A DNA stretch of 64,000 nt from Calditrichaceae bacterium (GTDB lineage: Bacteria; Calditrichota; Calditrichia; Calditrichales; JBFXGD01): contig JBFXLE010000003.1 of the NCBI GenBank assembly GCA_050173015.1, positions 192,001 to 256,000 of the forward strand. Direction: 5' to 3'. Shown here piece after piece: positions 9,429-20,031 of this stretch. The position numbers and the translations under genes were made by a program. Numbering within the stretch: the stretch's first letter is position 1; every line of letters starts with the position of its first letter. The notes beneath the pieces were generated by a model that was given only the letters and a program-made list of their open reading frames with translations, did no database searches and was not told the origin of the DNA.

Positions 9429-11447
9429 TTATAAGAGTGGTGCAATAACCAATGCAACCACGGACATTAATTTTATCAAAATATTCAGTGACGGACCGGC
9501 TGTATCTTTGAACGGATCGCCCACTGTGTCGCCGACAACCGCCGCCTTGTGCGCGTCAGAACCTTTACCGCCATAAGCTCCGCCTTCAATATATTTTTTC
9601 GCGTTATCCCAGGCGCCTCCGGAATTTGCCATAAATATCGCCAATGATACACCGCTTACCGTGACACCGGCAAGAAGACCGCCCAGCATTTCAGCGCCAC
9701 CAAAGAATCCAAAAAGGACCGGGGTGAAAACCGCAAGTAATCCGGGTACTACCATTTTCTTTATAGCAGCGGCAGTCGAAATATCCACGCATCTGGCAAA
9801 ATCGGCATCCGCTTTGCCTTCCATAAGACCGACGATTTCTTTGAACTGTCTGCGGACTTCCGCAATCATTTCATAAGCGGCTTCGCCAACAGCCTTCATC
9901 GCGTAAGATGAAAACAGAAAAGGCAGCATGGCTCCGACAAACAAGCCGGCCATAACTGACGGGGAAGCCACGTTAATTGAATCAATCCCTGCCGTGGTCA
10001 TAAACGCGCTAAATAAGGCGAGTGCCGTAAGCGCGGCGCTTCCGATTGCAAAACCCTTTCCGATGGCGGCGGTGGTATTTCCAACAGCATCAAGTTTATC
10101 CGTACGCTGACGGACTTCTTTTTCAAGTCCGGCCATTTCCGCGATTCCGCCGGCATTGTCCGCAATCGGACCGTATGCGTCAACCGCTAACTGAATTCCG
10201 ATAGTGGCGAGCATACCAAGCGCCGCAATCGCTATTCCATAAAGTCCCGCTTCGGCAAAAGCTATCATGATGGCAAGAGCAATAACAATAATCGGCAAAG
10301 CGGTACTCAACATACCGGTTGCCAATCCGGATATAATATTTGTCGCGCTTCCTGTTACTGATGCTTCCGCGATCTTTTGCGCGGGTGTTCTCGATTCAGA
10401 TGTATAATATTCGGTTAACATACCGATTGAAATTCCACCAAGCAGGCCGGATACCATCGCCCAGTAAATTCCCAGCGCATTTTCATCAATATAAGCCTGG
10501 ATGACAAAGTAGGAAATAATTGCCATAAATATACCGGCGCCGAAAGTTCCGATATTCAGCGCTGTTTGAGGATTACCTCCTTCTTTCGTTCTTACGAAAA
10601 AAGTCCCGATAATCGAAACAATAATCCCTACGCCTGCCAGCACCAGAGGCATAATCACATGGTTTAGCGAAATAACCGCGCCAAGCACCATGGAGCCAAT
10701 GATCGCGCCCACATACGATTCAAACAGATCCGCGCCCATTCCGGCGACATCACCGACATTATCACCGACATTATCTGCAATAACTGCCGGATTACGAGGA
10801 TCATCTTCGGGAATTCCCGCTTCCACTTTTCCGACAAGATCAGCGCCAACATCAGCGGCTTTGGTATAAATCCCACCGCCTACACGGGCAAATAATGCTA
10901 TTGAACTCGCTCCAAGCGAAAAACCGCTCAGGATAGGCATTACCTGATTTTGCAGGACAACCAAAGATGTGGTATCAAACATCTGTGAATACAACAGAAA
11001 CAACCCGCCAAGCCCCAGAAGCCCAAGACCGACAACGCTCATACCCATCACAGAACCGCCTGAAAACGCAACAATCAGAGCCTCTGACAGGCTCGTCCTA
11101 GCCGCATTTGTTGTCCGAACGTTCGCCACAGTCGCCACCCGCATTCCAAAAAATCCCGCGAGAGCGGAACTTACCGCGCCTACGACAAAGGATAGAGCAA
11201 CAAGCTGTGTTCCTTTCTGTAAATTACCTGCCACCAAAGCAATAGCCACGACCAGAACAAATATCGCCAGAACTCTGTACTCTCTGGTAAGAAACGCCAT
11301 GGCTCCATCGCGGATATTACCGGCTATTTTAACCATTTTTTCCGTGCCGCTATCCTGCTTGTTAACCCATAACGATTTCCAAAAAGCAAACATTAACGCC
11401 AGTATAGCAGTTCCAATTGCAAACGAGACGTTGAGAGTTATATCCAT
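9429..11447 (-). CDS. hppA: Membrane-bound pyrophosphatase, K+-dependent, probably Na+-translocating
   Basis: [35 protein letters not shown] (Ala, K+-dependent), [16 protein letters not shown]; start set at ATG 11447 after GAGGT. Confidence 0.95.
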   Translation of the reverse strand: MDITLNVSFAIGTAILALMFAFWKSLWVNKQDSGTEKMVKIAGNIRDGAMAFLTREYRVLAIFVLVVAIALVAGNLQKGTQLVALSFVVGAVSSALAGFFGMRVATVANVRTTNAARTSLSEALIVAFSGGSVMGMSVVGLGLLGLGGLFLLYSQMFDTTSLVVLQNQVMPILSGFSLGASSIALFARVGGGIYTKAADVGADLVGKVEAGIPEDDPRNPAVIADNVGDNVGDVAGMGADLFESYVGAIIGSMVLGAVISLNHVIMPLVLAGVGIIVSIIGTFFVRTKEGGNPQTALNIGTFGAGIFMAIISYFVIQAYIDENALGIYWAMVSGLLGGISIGMLTEYYTSESRTPAQKIAEASVTGSATNIISGLATGMLSTALPIIVIALAIMIAFAEAGLYGIAIAALGMLATIGIQLAVDAYGPIADNAGGIAEMAGLEKEVRQRTDKLDAVGNTTAAIGKGFAIGSAALTALALFSAFMTTAGIDSINVASPSVMAGLFVGAMLPFLFSSYAMKAVGEAAYEMIAEVRRQFKEIVGLMEGKADADFARCVDISTAAAIKKMVVPGLLAVFTPVLFGFFGGAEMLGGLLAGVTVSGVSLAIFMANSGGAWDNAKKYIEGGAYGGKGSDAHKAAVVGDTVGDPFKDTAGPSLNILIKLMSVVALVIAPLL

Positions 11448-11460
11448 ACCTACCTCTTGA

Positions 11461-12039
11461 TTAATTTGTATTGGCATCCAGGAAATTTCTATTATACTCA
11501 TTCATTGCGCGATCAATACCTTCATCAAGCCAGATTTTGATTCCGTCACTTGCATGTTTCAGAACAAGTTCAAGTTTTTGCTGCTCATCTTTACCAAAAC
11601 TTGAAAGAACAAAATCGATCGAGTCATCAAAGTCTCCGCCTATCCCTATTCTCAACCTGTTAAAATTTTGAGTTCCGAGATGGGCGATGATTGATTTTAT
11701 ACCATTGTGGCCGCCATCACTTCCCTTACGGCGGAACCTTAATACTCCTAATTGAAGATGAAAATCATCGTAAACGACAAGTATTTCATCTTCCCGGACA
11801 GAAAAATACTCCATGACCTGCCCGACCGCAGCCCCGCTGTTATTCATATATGTCGTGGGCTTTACAAGAAGTACTTTATGCCCGCGCAGGTCCAGTTCAC
11901 AAAAATAATAATCCCCTTTGCCCGGGCGAAAGGGGATATCTAAATCTTTTATTATATAGTCTAAAAGGATAAATCCTATATTATGGCGGGTTGAACGATA
12001 GCGAATACCGGGATTGCCTAAACCAAAAACTACCTCCAC
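11461..12039 (-). CDS. pth: Peptidyl-tRNA hydrolase
   Basis: [39 protein letters not shown]. Confidence 0.97.
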   Translation of the reverse strand: MEVVFGLGNPGIRYRSTRHNIGFILLDYIIKDLDIPFRPGKGDYYFCELDLRGHKVLLVKPTTYMNNSGAAVGQVMEYFSVREDEILVVYDDFHLQLGVLRFRRKGSDGGHNGIKSIIAHLGTQNFNRLRIGIGGDFDDSIDFVLSSFGKDEQQKLELVLKHASDGIKIWLDEGIDRAMNEYNRNFLDANTN

Positions 12040-12054
12040 TGCCCTTCTTTCTAT

Positions 12055-12696
12055 TTACTTTTCAGAATCTTCATCATCTTTCGCGCGAGCAGTGATTACT
12101 TCAGGTTCAGCGGATTCTTCTTCAATCTCTTCTTCTTCCTCTTCAACCTCGATTTCTTTTGGTGCCGCTACAACGCAAACCATATCTTCCAGATCGTCAA
12201 AAACTTCCATATTTTCAACTTTAATATCCTTAACACGGATGGAGTCCCCGATCTCAAGAGCACTTATATCCACCTTGATATAGTCAGGCATATTTTTAGG
12301 CAGTACCTCAATATCCAGCTCATGTTTCACTATGTTGAAATTACCCCCGGCTTTAATTCCCGGAGCTTCTCCCTCAAAATGAAGGGGTACTGTCACCTTA
12401 AGAACGTGCCCCGCGGCAACTCTTAAAAAATCTACATGCAATACTTTTCCCGTCACCGGATGATATTGAATTTCTTTAATAACCGCCTGTTTTTCTTTGC
12501 CTGCGACTTCCAACTTAATAATTGAATAGTCTTTTTTTAACATCAACTCTAGTTGATGAGCATCAAGTATGAGCAGTGCAGGATCCTTATCCTGACCGTA
12601 TAGAATTGCCGGAACCTTCCCTTCTCTTCTTAATCCACGGGCAATTACTTTTTTATTTCCGCCGCGTTTTTCGGCATTTAGCATTATTTCCGACAT
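12055..12696 (-). CDS. rplY: 50S ribosomal protein L25 / Ctc
   Basis: LRREGKVPAILYG, KEIQYHPV, HVDF, long Ctc-type C-terminal domain, acidic tail. Confidence 0.96.
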   Translation of the reverse strand: MSEIMLNAEKRGGNKKVIARGLRREGKVPAILYGQDKDPALLILDAHQLELMLKKDYSIIKLEVAGKEKQAVIKEIQYHPVTGKVLHVDFLRVAAGHVLKVTVPLHFEGEAPGIKAGGNFNIVKHELDIEVLPKNMPDYIKVDISALEIGDSIRVKDIKVENMEVFDDLEDMVCVVAAPKEIEVEEEEEEIEEESAEPEVITARAKDDEDSEK

Positions 12697-12718
12697 TATC
12701 AGCTCCTATATTTTTTAC

Positions 12719-12746
12719 AAAAAATGCAAACCATCCAAGCTTGCAC
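12719..12746 (-). terminator. Possible terminator between tRNA-Gln and rplY
   Basis: Minus strand TGCAAGC-ttggatg-GTTTGCA followed by T6. Confidence 0.5.
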
Positions 12747-12761
12747 TCCAAAATTCAATCG

Positions 12762-12833
12762 CTGGGGTGGAAGGACTCGAACCTCCGAATGGCGGGACCA
12801 AAACCCGCTGCCTTACCACTTGGCTACACCCCA
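12762..12833 (-). tRNA. tRNA-Gln (anticodon TTG); CCA not encoded
   Basis: Reverse complement TGGGGTG TAGCCAAGTGGTAAGGCA GCGGG-TT-TTG-GT-CCCGC CATTC GGAGG-TTCGAGT-CCTTC CACCCCA G folds as a canonical cloverleaf. Confidence 0.97.
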
Positions 12834-12859
12834 ACTTCCATAAAAAGGAATAGATTTTG

Positions 12860-12888
12860 AATTTAAGATTTCAAATATGTGATGTCAA
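12860..12888 (-). promoter_or_regulatory. Sigma70-type promoter for tRNA-Gln
   Basis: TTGACA-N17-TAAATT on the minus strand, about 27 nt upstream of the tRNA. Confidence 0.7.
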
Positions 12889-12976
12889 GATCAATATCAA
12901 TTTTTTAACTTAAAAAATTTATTGATCCAACTCAATAAATATATGTCTGAGGGTGATACGACCGGGATGATTATTC

Positions 12977-13414
12977 CTATCCCAGTTTACGAATAAGTAT
13001 TACATCGTTTCCGATAAAATCATCGATTAAAAATCCGCAGTTTTTCAACATTTTGATACTCGGTATATTATAACGGTTCACATGACAGTAAACTGTATCA
13101 AATACACCTTTTAATTTATTCAGCAGCAGGCTCAACGCCAGGGTGCCAATCCCTTTGCTTCGGTTTTCTCCCACAACCATCAGAATCTGCGCTTGCTTGC
13201 GAACCTGATCTTTTTCTTCGGTAAAAACTTTTATATCACCTACTAATTTATCTTCATTATAAATTTCATAATACTTTTTGTAAACCGGCTTAACCGGATC
13301 ATTTTTTACCTGATCGTGATAGCTGATAAATTTTTTTATCTGCGGATCATCAAGCCATTTTTTCCGCACGGCGTTAAAATCTATCTGATCAAGTTCTATT
13401 AGTTTAATATCCAT
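12977..13414 (-). CDS. GNAT family acetyltransferase (RimJ/RimL-like)
   Basis: NRSKGIGT motif A and NIPSIKMLKNCGF motif; start at 13414 or 13423. Confidence 0.75.
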   Translation of the reverse strand: MDIKLIELDQIDFNAVRKKWLDDPQIKKFISYHDQVKNDPVKPVYKKYYEIYNEDKLVGDIKVFTEEKDQVRKQAQILMVVGENRSKGIGTLALSLLLNKLKGVFDTVYCHVNRYNIPSIKMLKNCGFLIDDFIGNDVILIRKLG

Positions 13415-13559
13415 ATTACACATCCGGCTTAGATGTAAATTTAAGTTTTTCTTCCTTAAAAATGATTATCGATCAAACTTTATAAAATTATAGAATTTTT
13501 TTCATTTTTTCAATACTTGCTTCACCAATTAATCAGAATTATGATGATATTTTAGTTTT

Positions 13560-14468
13560 CTAAAACCGCATCATAAATGAGAAACGATGTGTATTTCCCA
13601 GATCATAATCATAAGGAACAAACGCGTAATCAAATCTGAATTTCTCATATTTCACACCGATCCCTGCTGAAAGATTTGTATCATTATTTCCCGTCATCAA
13701 ACCGGAGCGAAAGGATAAATACTCTTTTATATCAATTTCAGCTCCAACCCGAATGTATGTGCTTTCATCAAGGATATGTTCTAAATCGGCGGTGAGTAAC
13801 GGTTTTCTGTCAATAATCTTAAACGGCAATTTATACGCAAAACCATTCCTGAATATCACCGGCAGAGATGTGGCTTCCTTTTTCAGCTCAGACATTCTTC
13901 CGATGTTCCGGAAGGTAAATCCCCAGTCCAGACCACTTAAAATTTCACGTTTCTGAACACCAACGTCCATTGCCCAGCCCGGTGCGGAATAAAGATAGTA
14001 TTCCTCATACAAATATTTAACTGTTATACCCGCGAGCCAGTCCCCAAAAAACGTCGACGCATAGCTGACAGAGGCGCTGATATTGACAGCATCCACATTG
14101 CCGTCCGGTTCAGTGTCCGGGACATTACCCCTGATTTCAACTCCGGGAATCGTCATAAGATTTACCGAAACACCAAAATTATGCCTGCCTTTTTTGAAAT
14201 TAATGGCGGCAAACTGCTGAGTAATATCAAGAAGCCATTGATTATGCATCACGATCATTGAAGAGCCTTCAGCAGCCGCTAAACCGGCCGGATTCCAAAA
14301 AGACGCTCCCGCATCGGAAGCCAAAGCAGTAAATGCCCCGCCCATTCCCGCGGCCCGGGCGTCAACATCCAGTTTAAGAAACGCCATCCCGTTGCCGCCC
14401 GCCTCCCCGGCTTTTAATCCGGCTGAAAGACCCGCGATCAGAATTAAAATTATTAATCGTTTTTTCAT
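13560..14468 (-). CDS. PorV/PorQ-family outer-membrane beta-barrel
   Basis: FLKLDVDARAAGMGGAF, ASFWNPAGLA, RFDYAF...LGNTHRFS, C-terminal Phe; signal peptide from ATG 14468. Confidence 0.85.
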   Translation of the reverse strand: MKKRLIILILIAGLSAGLKAGEAGGNGMAFLKLDVDARAAGMGGAFTALASDAGASFWNPAGLAAAEGSSMIVMHNQWLLDITQQFAAINFKKGRHNFGVSVNLMTIPGVEIRGNVPDTEPDGNVDAVNISASVSYASTFFGDWLAGITVKYLYEEYYLYSAPGWAMDVGVQKREILSGLDWGFTFRNIGRMSELKKEATSLPVIFRNGFAYKLPFKIIDRKPLLTADLEHILDESTYIRVGAEIDIKEYLSFRSGLMTGNNDTNLSAGIGVKYEKFRFDYAFVPYDYDLGNTHRFSFMMRF

Positions 14469-14487
14469 ATTATTTTCCAAAAATTTA

Positions 14488-15429
14488 TTATCTGATATAA
14501 ACCTGCCATGAAAAAATATGGCTGCTGCCCTCATCAACAACACTCGGTACAAACGCATAATCAAGATGTGACAAGAACCGGCTTAGTTTGAAATCCATAC
14601 CCAGTCCCACTTCCGGTTGATCACCGTTCAAACCGAGTCTCAGGGCCAGATTTTCTCCCTGAAGGGCTTCAAATCCTATATGATGATCATAAGAGCCCTT
14701 GTCACTCCATTCAAAATCGTACAGCGCGCGAAGCCATGGATATGGCGTGATATAACCAATACCGACACGATACGTCACCGGGAAATAATCAATGGTGGTC
14801 CCGCCACGCTCAAAAATATTTTCCGTATTGGCCTCCAGTTTTGAACCCACATCTTTCACAACCGCCGCCATTGTAAATTTTTCATTATACCGGTACACCG
14901 CTCCGAAATCACCGCCCACCCCTTTTGAAGAATAATCAAATGAATCGGTACCGTCATTAATATATTCAAGTAATAATTTTAATGACACGCCTATCGATAA
15001 TTTAGATCCGAATTTTCTGCCAAAGGTGAAGTAAACGGCGTTTGCCGAGTGATTTATTTCCCCGGTATTCTGACCGATACTGTTATATGATGATAGATTA
15101 TCCACTCCGCTCTCGATCCAACCAATAGAAAACCCGGCGCCTGGCGGCACTTTCATACTAAATCCCACATATTGGTAACGTCGGTCCTGTGATAAAAAAC
15201 TGTAAGAGAGTGAAACCACCTTATCTTCAATCATCCCGACCAGCGCGGGATTATAAAAGAACGAAAATCCATTCGGCTTATCCGCCACGCCGGCATCCCC
15301 CAGGGAAATTGATCGCGCGCCAAGTCCCATTCTCAGAAATGATCCCGCATATCCGCCATTTTCGTCCGCCATTCCCGACGAGAATGTAAGAAGAATAAAT
15401 ATGATCAGAACCGCAATTTTTTTTATCAT
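14488..15429 (-). CDS. PorV/PorQ-family outer-membrane beta-barrel (second paralog)
   Basis: FLRMGLGARSISLG, FYNPA, LDYAF...GSSHIFS; signal peptide. Confidence 0.8.
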   Translation of the reverse strand: MIKKIAVLIIFILLTFSSGMADENGGYAGSFLRMGLGARSISLGDAGVADKPNGFSFFYNPALVGMIEDKVVSLSYSFLSQDRRYQYVGFSMKVPPGAGFSIGWIESGVDNLSSYNSIGQNTGEINHSANAVYFTFGRKFGSKLSIGVSLKLLLEYINDGTDSFDYSSKGVGGDFGAVYRYNEKFTMAAVVKDVGSKLEANTENIFERGGTTIDYFPVTYRVGIGYITPYPWLRALYDFEWSDKGSYDHHIGFEALQGENLALRLGLNGDQPEVGLGMDFKLSRFLSHLDYAFVPSVVDEGSSHIFSWQVYIR

Positions 15430-15442
15430 TAAGATTTCCGCC

Positions 15443-16903
15443 TTAATTTATCACAACCAATTTACCCCAGGTCACCTTGCCGCCGATTTTTGCGCGAAAG
15501 AAATACACACCGCTGGCAACGATTTCTCCATCACTGTCCCGCCCATCCCATTTTGTGCTACGGTCTGAATCATTTGTTGAAATATAGGCGTGATTATCCC
15601 TGATTGTAGTGACCTCTTCCATCGCGAAATTATATACTTTTATTTCCACATCGACAGATTTTGTGATATCATACTGAAAACGGATATAACCGTTTCTCGC
15701 TGGAGAAAATGGAGATGGATAGGCATAGACTTCCGGTTCTTTCCGTAGTTTTGTCGATACAAAAGACCGAATGACATTCCATGTATTGCCATTGTCGGCA
15801 GTTACCGCTATTCCATCCGCGCTGCCCAGCCAAAGCCTCGTTACAGCACCTGTTTTCTGAACTGCTACCGAATAATATTCATCCGAGAGTATTTCCTCGC
15901 CCGTGTTGGTATCTCTGACCGGTGGGACTACATACCATGAATACCCGTCATCTTCGGAGATAAACAACCCTTCATCCGCCGCCACGTAAATACGCGCTCC
16001 GTCAAACGCGAAATTGTGAGCAAATATCCCCGGAAGCATAACATCCCAGGACAAACCGCCGTTTGACGTTTTGCTGACCGCTCTGAGTTCGTTTGTGGAA
16101 TTTGACTCAATTGTCGCCGCCCAGATCGTGTTATTAAATTCCTGGTGCGCCAAGGCGACCACAAAATTTCCTGAGATGGGATTTTCCTGATTTTCATGCG
16201 TAAAGACCTGCCATGTCTCCCCTCCATCCGCGCTTTTACCGATACCGCCGGCAGTGCCGACCCATAAATTCCCGTTTTCAGAAATCACAGAAAACGCCAG
16301 ATGAATAACATTATCATTTGCCGCCCGGAACGGCTGACCGTCAATGGTTCTGACCGTCCAGGTATTCCCCATATCTGTTGATTTTCTCAACCCGCCGGCC
16401 CAACTCGTAATCCAGACCACGGAGTCCTGAGCGGCAATGTCATAAGTAACGTTAAAAATGGGAGTCGTCGTAGGACTGTATTCCGTAAGATCTACAGGAT
16501 CAACCGGTTGAGGCATACTCGTCCAGGTCTTTCCGCCATCCGTCGTATAGCTCAGACCGCCTCCCGCGGGCAGGTCTTCACCCTGAGCAGCCGTATCAAA
16601 CGCGGTCGAAATCCAAAAAGTGGAATCATTGGTGATGGCCATTGCCGCGACACCGCCCTTGGCAATATATTGCTTACTTGAATAGGTCTGCCAATAATTT
16701 CCGAAATCAGCGCTTATATTCAGGCCATAACCCGTCGCGGCGCTGATTGTTGAATCACGCGCAACAAAATCAACGATTCCGTTTCCATAAAGATAGCCGT
16801 TAAAAACATTATCCGGATCATCCGAAATCTGATAGGTCTTTTTATAAATACCCTGCGCCAACAGGAAACCCGTGAGGAGAAAAAGCATGATAACCGATTT
16901 CAT
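15443..16903 (-). CDS. Secreted BNR/Asp-box beta-propeller with C-terminal FlgD-Ig/T9SS-type sorting domain
   Basis: Repeated S/T-x-D/N-x-G-x-x-W boxes; C-terminus YAYPSPF...IKVYN...WDGRD..G..VASGVYF...KLVVIN. Confidence 0.8.
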   Translation of the reverse strand: MKSVIMLFLLTGFLLAQGIYKKTYQISDDPDNVFNGYLYGNGIVDFVARDSTISAATGYGLNISADFGNYWQTYSSKQYIAKGGVAAMAITNDSTFWISTAFDTAAQGEDLPAGGGLSYTTDGGKTWTSMPQPVDPVDLTEYSPTTTPIFNVTYDIAAQDSVVWITSWAGGLRKSTDMGNTWTVRTIDGQPFRAANDNVIHLAFSVISENGNLWVGTAGGIGKSADGGETWQVFTHENQENPISGNFVVALAHQEFNNTIWAATIESNSTNELRAVSKTSNGGLSWDVMLPGIFAHNFAFDGARIYVAADEGLFISEDDGYSWYVVPPVRDTNTGEEILSDEYYSVAVQKTGAVTRLWLGSADGIAVTADNGNTWNVIRSFVSTKLRKEPEVYAYPSPFSPARNGYIRFQYDITKSVDVEIKVYNFAMEEVTTIRDNHAYISTNDSDRSTKWDGRDSDGEIVASGVYFFRAKIGGKVTWGKLVVIN

Positions 16904-16948
16904 CTCTTCCTTTCGCTCAAAATTTATTCCAGAGAGTTAATGATCAAA

Positions 16949-18115
16949 TTAATAAACCAACAGAGAATCAACTATTTCCGGGCTGAGCTGTCCCACTTTG
17001 TCCCTGGAATTAAAATGCAATTTATATAAACCTTTTTGATTACTGCTCTCCAGCTGGATGATCAGCGAAAACAGGCCGTCTCCCGCCTGATCATCTCCGT
17101 AAAAGCTGCTGCCGTCATCATTTAGTTCAAATTTAGCGCCGCCGCCGCTGAATGTGCCGTCCGGTTTTTCCATCCTGAAGTAAACAGAATCGATATCGCT
17201 AAGTCCCTGCGGATCCCCTGCCAGGGCATGAATCTGTATTTTTTCCTTTCCGCTGGGTCCTGTGGGAAGCTTCACCGAATCCGGCAGTTCGGTTTCATAA
17301 ATAATCCCGTTCATATTTTCCAGAAAGATGAGTCTGCTGACAGAAGCGCTTTTCTCGTTAAATTCATCATTTGCTATAAATTCCAGATTGTAAAAACCCT
17401 TTTTCGATGCGGAAAAAGATGAATCCATTTTGAATGAAAATATGGAATCTGCCGCTGTCACATCACCATGTGCAGCGAAATTTCCGTCATTATACATGTT
17501 GAGCGTGCTGATTATAAAAGTGTTCTCCGCGTCTTTGATATTAAAATAGACGCTTCCGGCCGACGGCGCGCCGGTGCTGTCCACAGCGGTGACATAAAGA
17601 TATTCTGCGGTAATACCGCTTTTTAACGTATCCGGTAGCACCGTATTTGTGACGCGGATATTCCCGCTGAAATCAAAAATCACTTCTCTGGACAACGGAA
17701 TGGAAGTGTTCCCGTTTTTATCTTTTGCGCTAAAGACGAATTTGTATAGCCCCGCTCCGGTTGTTAGTTGAGACGGTGTGAATCGATTACTGAATATCCC
17801 GTCCTTTGCCAGCACATCTCCGGATTGCTGATGATAGTAAGATCCGTCATCATAAAGCGAATCCCTAAAAACCGCAATCCCTGAAATATTTTGCAGTTCA
17901 AAGGTTACACTTTCAAGCTCATCGAGTCCCTGCGGATCATAAACCTGAACCTCAACAAGATTCTGATTTTGTGATGATAAATTCCAGCTTTCATTCATCC
18001 AGGTGGCAAGAATTTCCGGATCACTCCCGGCTTGAATCCCATTTTCATCATCCGAACACGAAAACAGCAGAAACATTCCCGGCAAAATAATAAATATTAA
18101 TATTTTCCTGATCAT
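16949..18115 (-). CDS. Lipoprotein with three choice-of-anchor-X-like Ig domains
   Basis: Lipobox LLFSC; three copies of L/M-x-D/N-D-G...GD..A.D.IFS; start set at ATG 18115. Confidence 0.7.
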   Translation of the reverse strand: MIRKILIFIILPGMFLLFSCSDDENGIQAGSDPEILATWMNESWNLSSQNQNLVEVQVYDPQGLDELESVTFELQNISGIAVFRDSLYDDGSYYHQQSGDVLAKDGIFSNRFTPSQLTTGAGLYKFVFSAKDKNGNTSIPLSREVIFDFSGNIRVTNTVLPDTLKSGITAEYLYVTAVDSTGAPSAGSVYFNIKDAENTFIISTLNMYNDGNFAAHGDVTAADSIFSFKMDSSFSASKKGFYNLEFIANDEFNEKSASVSRLIFLENMNGIIYETELPDSVKLPTGPSGKEKIQIHALAGDPQGLSDIDSVYFRMEKPDGTFSGGGAKFELNDDGSSFYGDDQAGDGLFSLIIQLESSNQKGLYKLHFNSRDKVGQLSPEIVDSLLVY

Positions 18116-18193
18116 TGAATCACCTGTCTGTTTTATTTTCGGCATTTAATTTTTCGATCACCCGTCGTAACATACATAATTTTGTCTCAACAA

Positions 18194-19126
18194 CTAAAGT
18201 GAATCATCGACCATTGCCTTTAGCAATCCATAGCGGATACCCCGGTCGCTGACATTAACCGTATCTATTTTCCTGAGCTCAAGCATGGTCAAATAAATGA
18301 GTAACCCATAGAGAATGACGTCTTCGCGGCCTGATTCAAGACCCGGCAAATTTTTACGTTCTTCGATGGTCATCCCGTTAAGCGTATAGAACATCTTCCA
18401 TATTCCGTCTCTGCTGAGTCTGTACCCGTTAATTTTTAACGGATCGTACTCAGTCATTTTCTCCCGGATGGCGGCAATCGATGACATTGTGCCGCCGGTG
18501 GCCACAAAGTTTATATCACCCTCTATATCCCCGAGAAAATTCAGCTCTTCCATTTTTAACTTTATATACGCGATTGCCTTTAGTCGGTCTCCACTGCATA
18601 GCGTATCTTTCATGCCCATAATTTCTCTCAGCGTGACAACACCAATAGACAAAGATTGATAATTATGAATTCGGTCTTTTTCTCCCAGGGTCACTTCTGT
18701 ACTTCCGCCGCCCACATCCATGACCAGAATTTTATCATTCACATGCGTCAGCCCGTCCAGCACTCCAAGATACCCGTATTTTGCTTCATCTTCGCTGCTG
18801 ATAATCTCGGTTCTAATCCCTAATTCCTTTTCGACCCTTTGCTTGAAATCTTCGCTGTTTGATGCTATTCGCAGAGCCGCGGTAGCGATTAGTTTCACCC
18901 GCTCCGGTTTGAATCGCTTTATGATCCTCAGATACTCGTCCAACACTTTGATCGTGCGATTTATCGCGTTGTCCGCTAAGCGGCCGGTTAACTGTAATCC
19001 TTCCCCGATTCGTGTTACTCTGAATTCATGATGCAGAGCTTCAACCCGCTTATCAGCAGCGATCTTCCCGATTAACAGTAAGACTGAATTTGTTCCCAGA
19101 TCTATGACCGCGTATGTCGGACTCAT
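18194..19126 (-). CDS. ppx: Ppx/GppA phosphatase (short form, no HD domain)
   Basis: AVIDLGTNS, ATAALR, EDEAKY, DVGGGSTE, GGT, GIRYG. Confidence 0.9.
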   Translation of the reverse strand: MSPTYAVIDLGTNSVLLLIGKIAADKRVEALHHEFRVTRIGEGLQLTGRLADNAINRTIKVLDEYLRIIKRFKPERVKLIATAALRIASNSEDFKQRVEKELGIRTEIISSEDEAKYGYLGVLDGLTHVNDKILVMDVGGGSTEVTLGEKDRIHNYQSLSIGVVTLREIMGMKDTLCSGDRLKAIAYIKLKMEELNFLGDIEGDINFVATGGTMSSIAAIREKMTEYDPLKINGYRLSRDGIWKMFYTLNGMTIEERKNLPGLESGREDVILYGLLIYLTMLELRKIDTVNVSDRGIRYGLLKAMVDDSL

Positions 19127-19127
19127 A

Positions 19128-19985
19128 TCATTTTCTGCCTAAAACAAGCGCCATCCACTCTTTACGCTGTTCCTTTTGAATCAAAATCCACCCTTCCTTC
19201 CCGTAGGCTTCCATAATAACATCTTCATCGAGAACAAGTAATCCTGATAAAATTAATTTGCCTCCGGGATTCAGAAATCCGGAAAAACTTGAAGCAAGCT
19301 CGAGCAGCACGTTCCGGTTAATATTTGCCACAATAATGTCAAACCGGTTTTTTCCCACATCTTTCAGCTCGCCGGTAAAGCAGGTAATTTTTTTTGAAAC
19401 TCCATTCAGCCCCGCGTTTTCCAGAGTATTTTCGGTCGCCACATGGTCATTATCGAAGGCTATCACCGGATTCGCGCCCAGCATTGCGCCGTAAATGGCA
19501 AGAATCCCGCTGCCTGTTCCCGCGTCCAGCAGACTCTGATCCGCCCGGAGATATTTCTCGAGCATCATCAAAATAAGCTGAGTGGTCTCATGATGACCCG
19601 TTCCGAAGGCCATTTTGGGTGCGATGGTAATGACTGTCTCGCCGGGATTAGGTGAATAAGTATCCCAATCCGGTTTGATTATAATATTTTGGCCAAGATG
19701 AAATATTTTGAAGCTCTCCTTCCAGGCCTCATTCCAGTCTTCATCGGGCAAGTCGGATATTTCAATCTTCGGCTCACTTTGTTCCGGGAGATTTTCCGCT
19801 AAATATTGCTTAAGCAGATGAAATTTCTCCTGATTCCATTCCCCTGAGTTAAAATAAACAAAAAAATCATTTTCACGTTCAAAAACCCCCTCCGAACCCA
19901 GCGCGAACAGATAGGGAGAAAGCCATTCCAGATTTTTTGGATCCATGATAATTTTTATTTCAAGCCAGTCTTGTTTGTTTTTCAT
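19128..19985 (-). CDS. prmA: Ribosomal protein L11 methyltransferase
   Basis: EDWNEAWK, PKMAFGTGHHETT, LDAGTGSGILAI, IIVANI, LILSG. Confidence 0.96.
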   Translation of the reverse strand: MKNKQDWLEIKIIMDPKNLEWLSPYLFALGSEGVFERENDFFVYFNSGEWNQEKFHLLKQYLAENLPEQSEPKIEISDLPDEDWNEAWKESFKIFHLGQNIIIKPDWDTYSPNPGETVITIAPKMAFGTGHHETTQLILMMLEKYLRADQSLLDAGTGSGILAIYGAMLGANPVIAFDNDHVATENTLENAGLNGVSKKITCFTGELKDVGKNRFDIIVANINRNVLLELASSFSGFLNPGGKLILSGLLVLDEDVIMEAYGKEGWILIQKEQRKEWMALVLGRK

Positions 19986-20031
19986 TTGCGAATCAAACCC
20001 TGTATATGATTTTTATATGAATCTAACTAAA

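Noticed and set aside
8898-9434. 178-aa Phe-rich plus-strand ORF
   Set aside because: Antisense to rpsF; composition mirrors its Lys/Glu codons
12697-12833. tRNA-Gln as a possible integration site
   Set aside because: No integrase and no duplicated tRNA 3' end seen in the window
12576-12860. 94-aa ORF spanning the tRNA
   Set aside because: Antisense translation of tRNA-Gln and the rplY start
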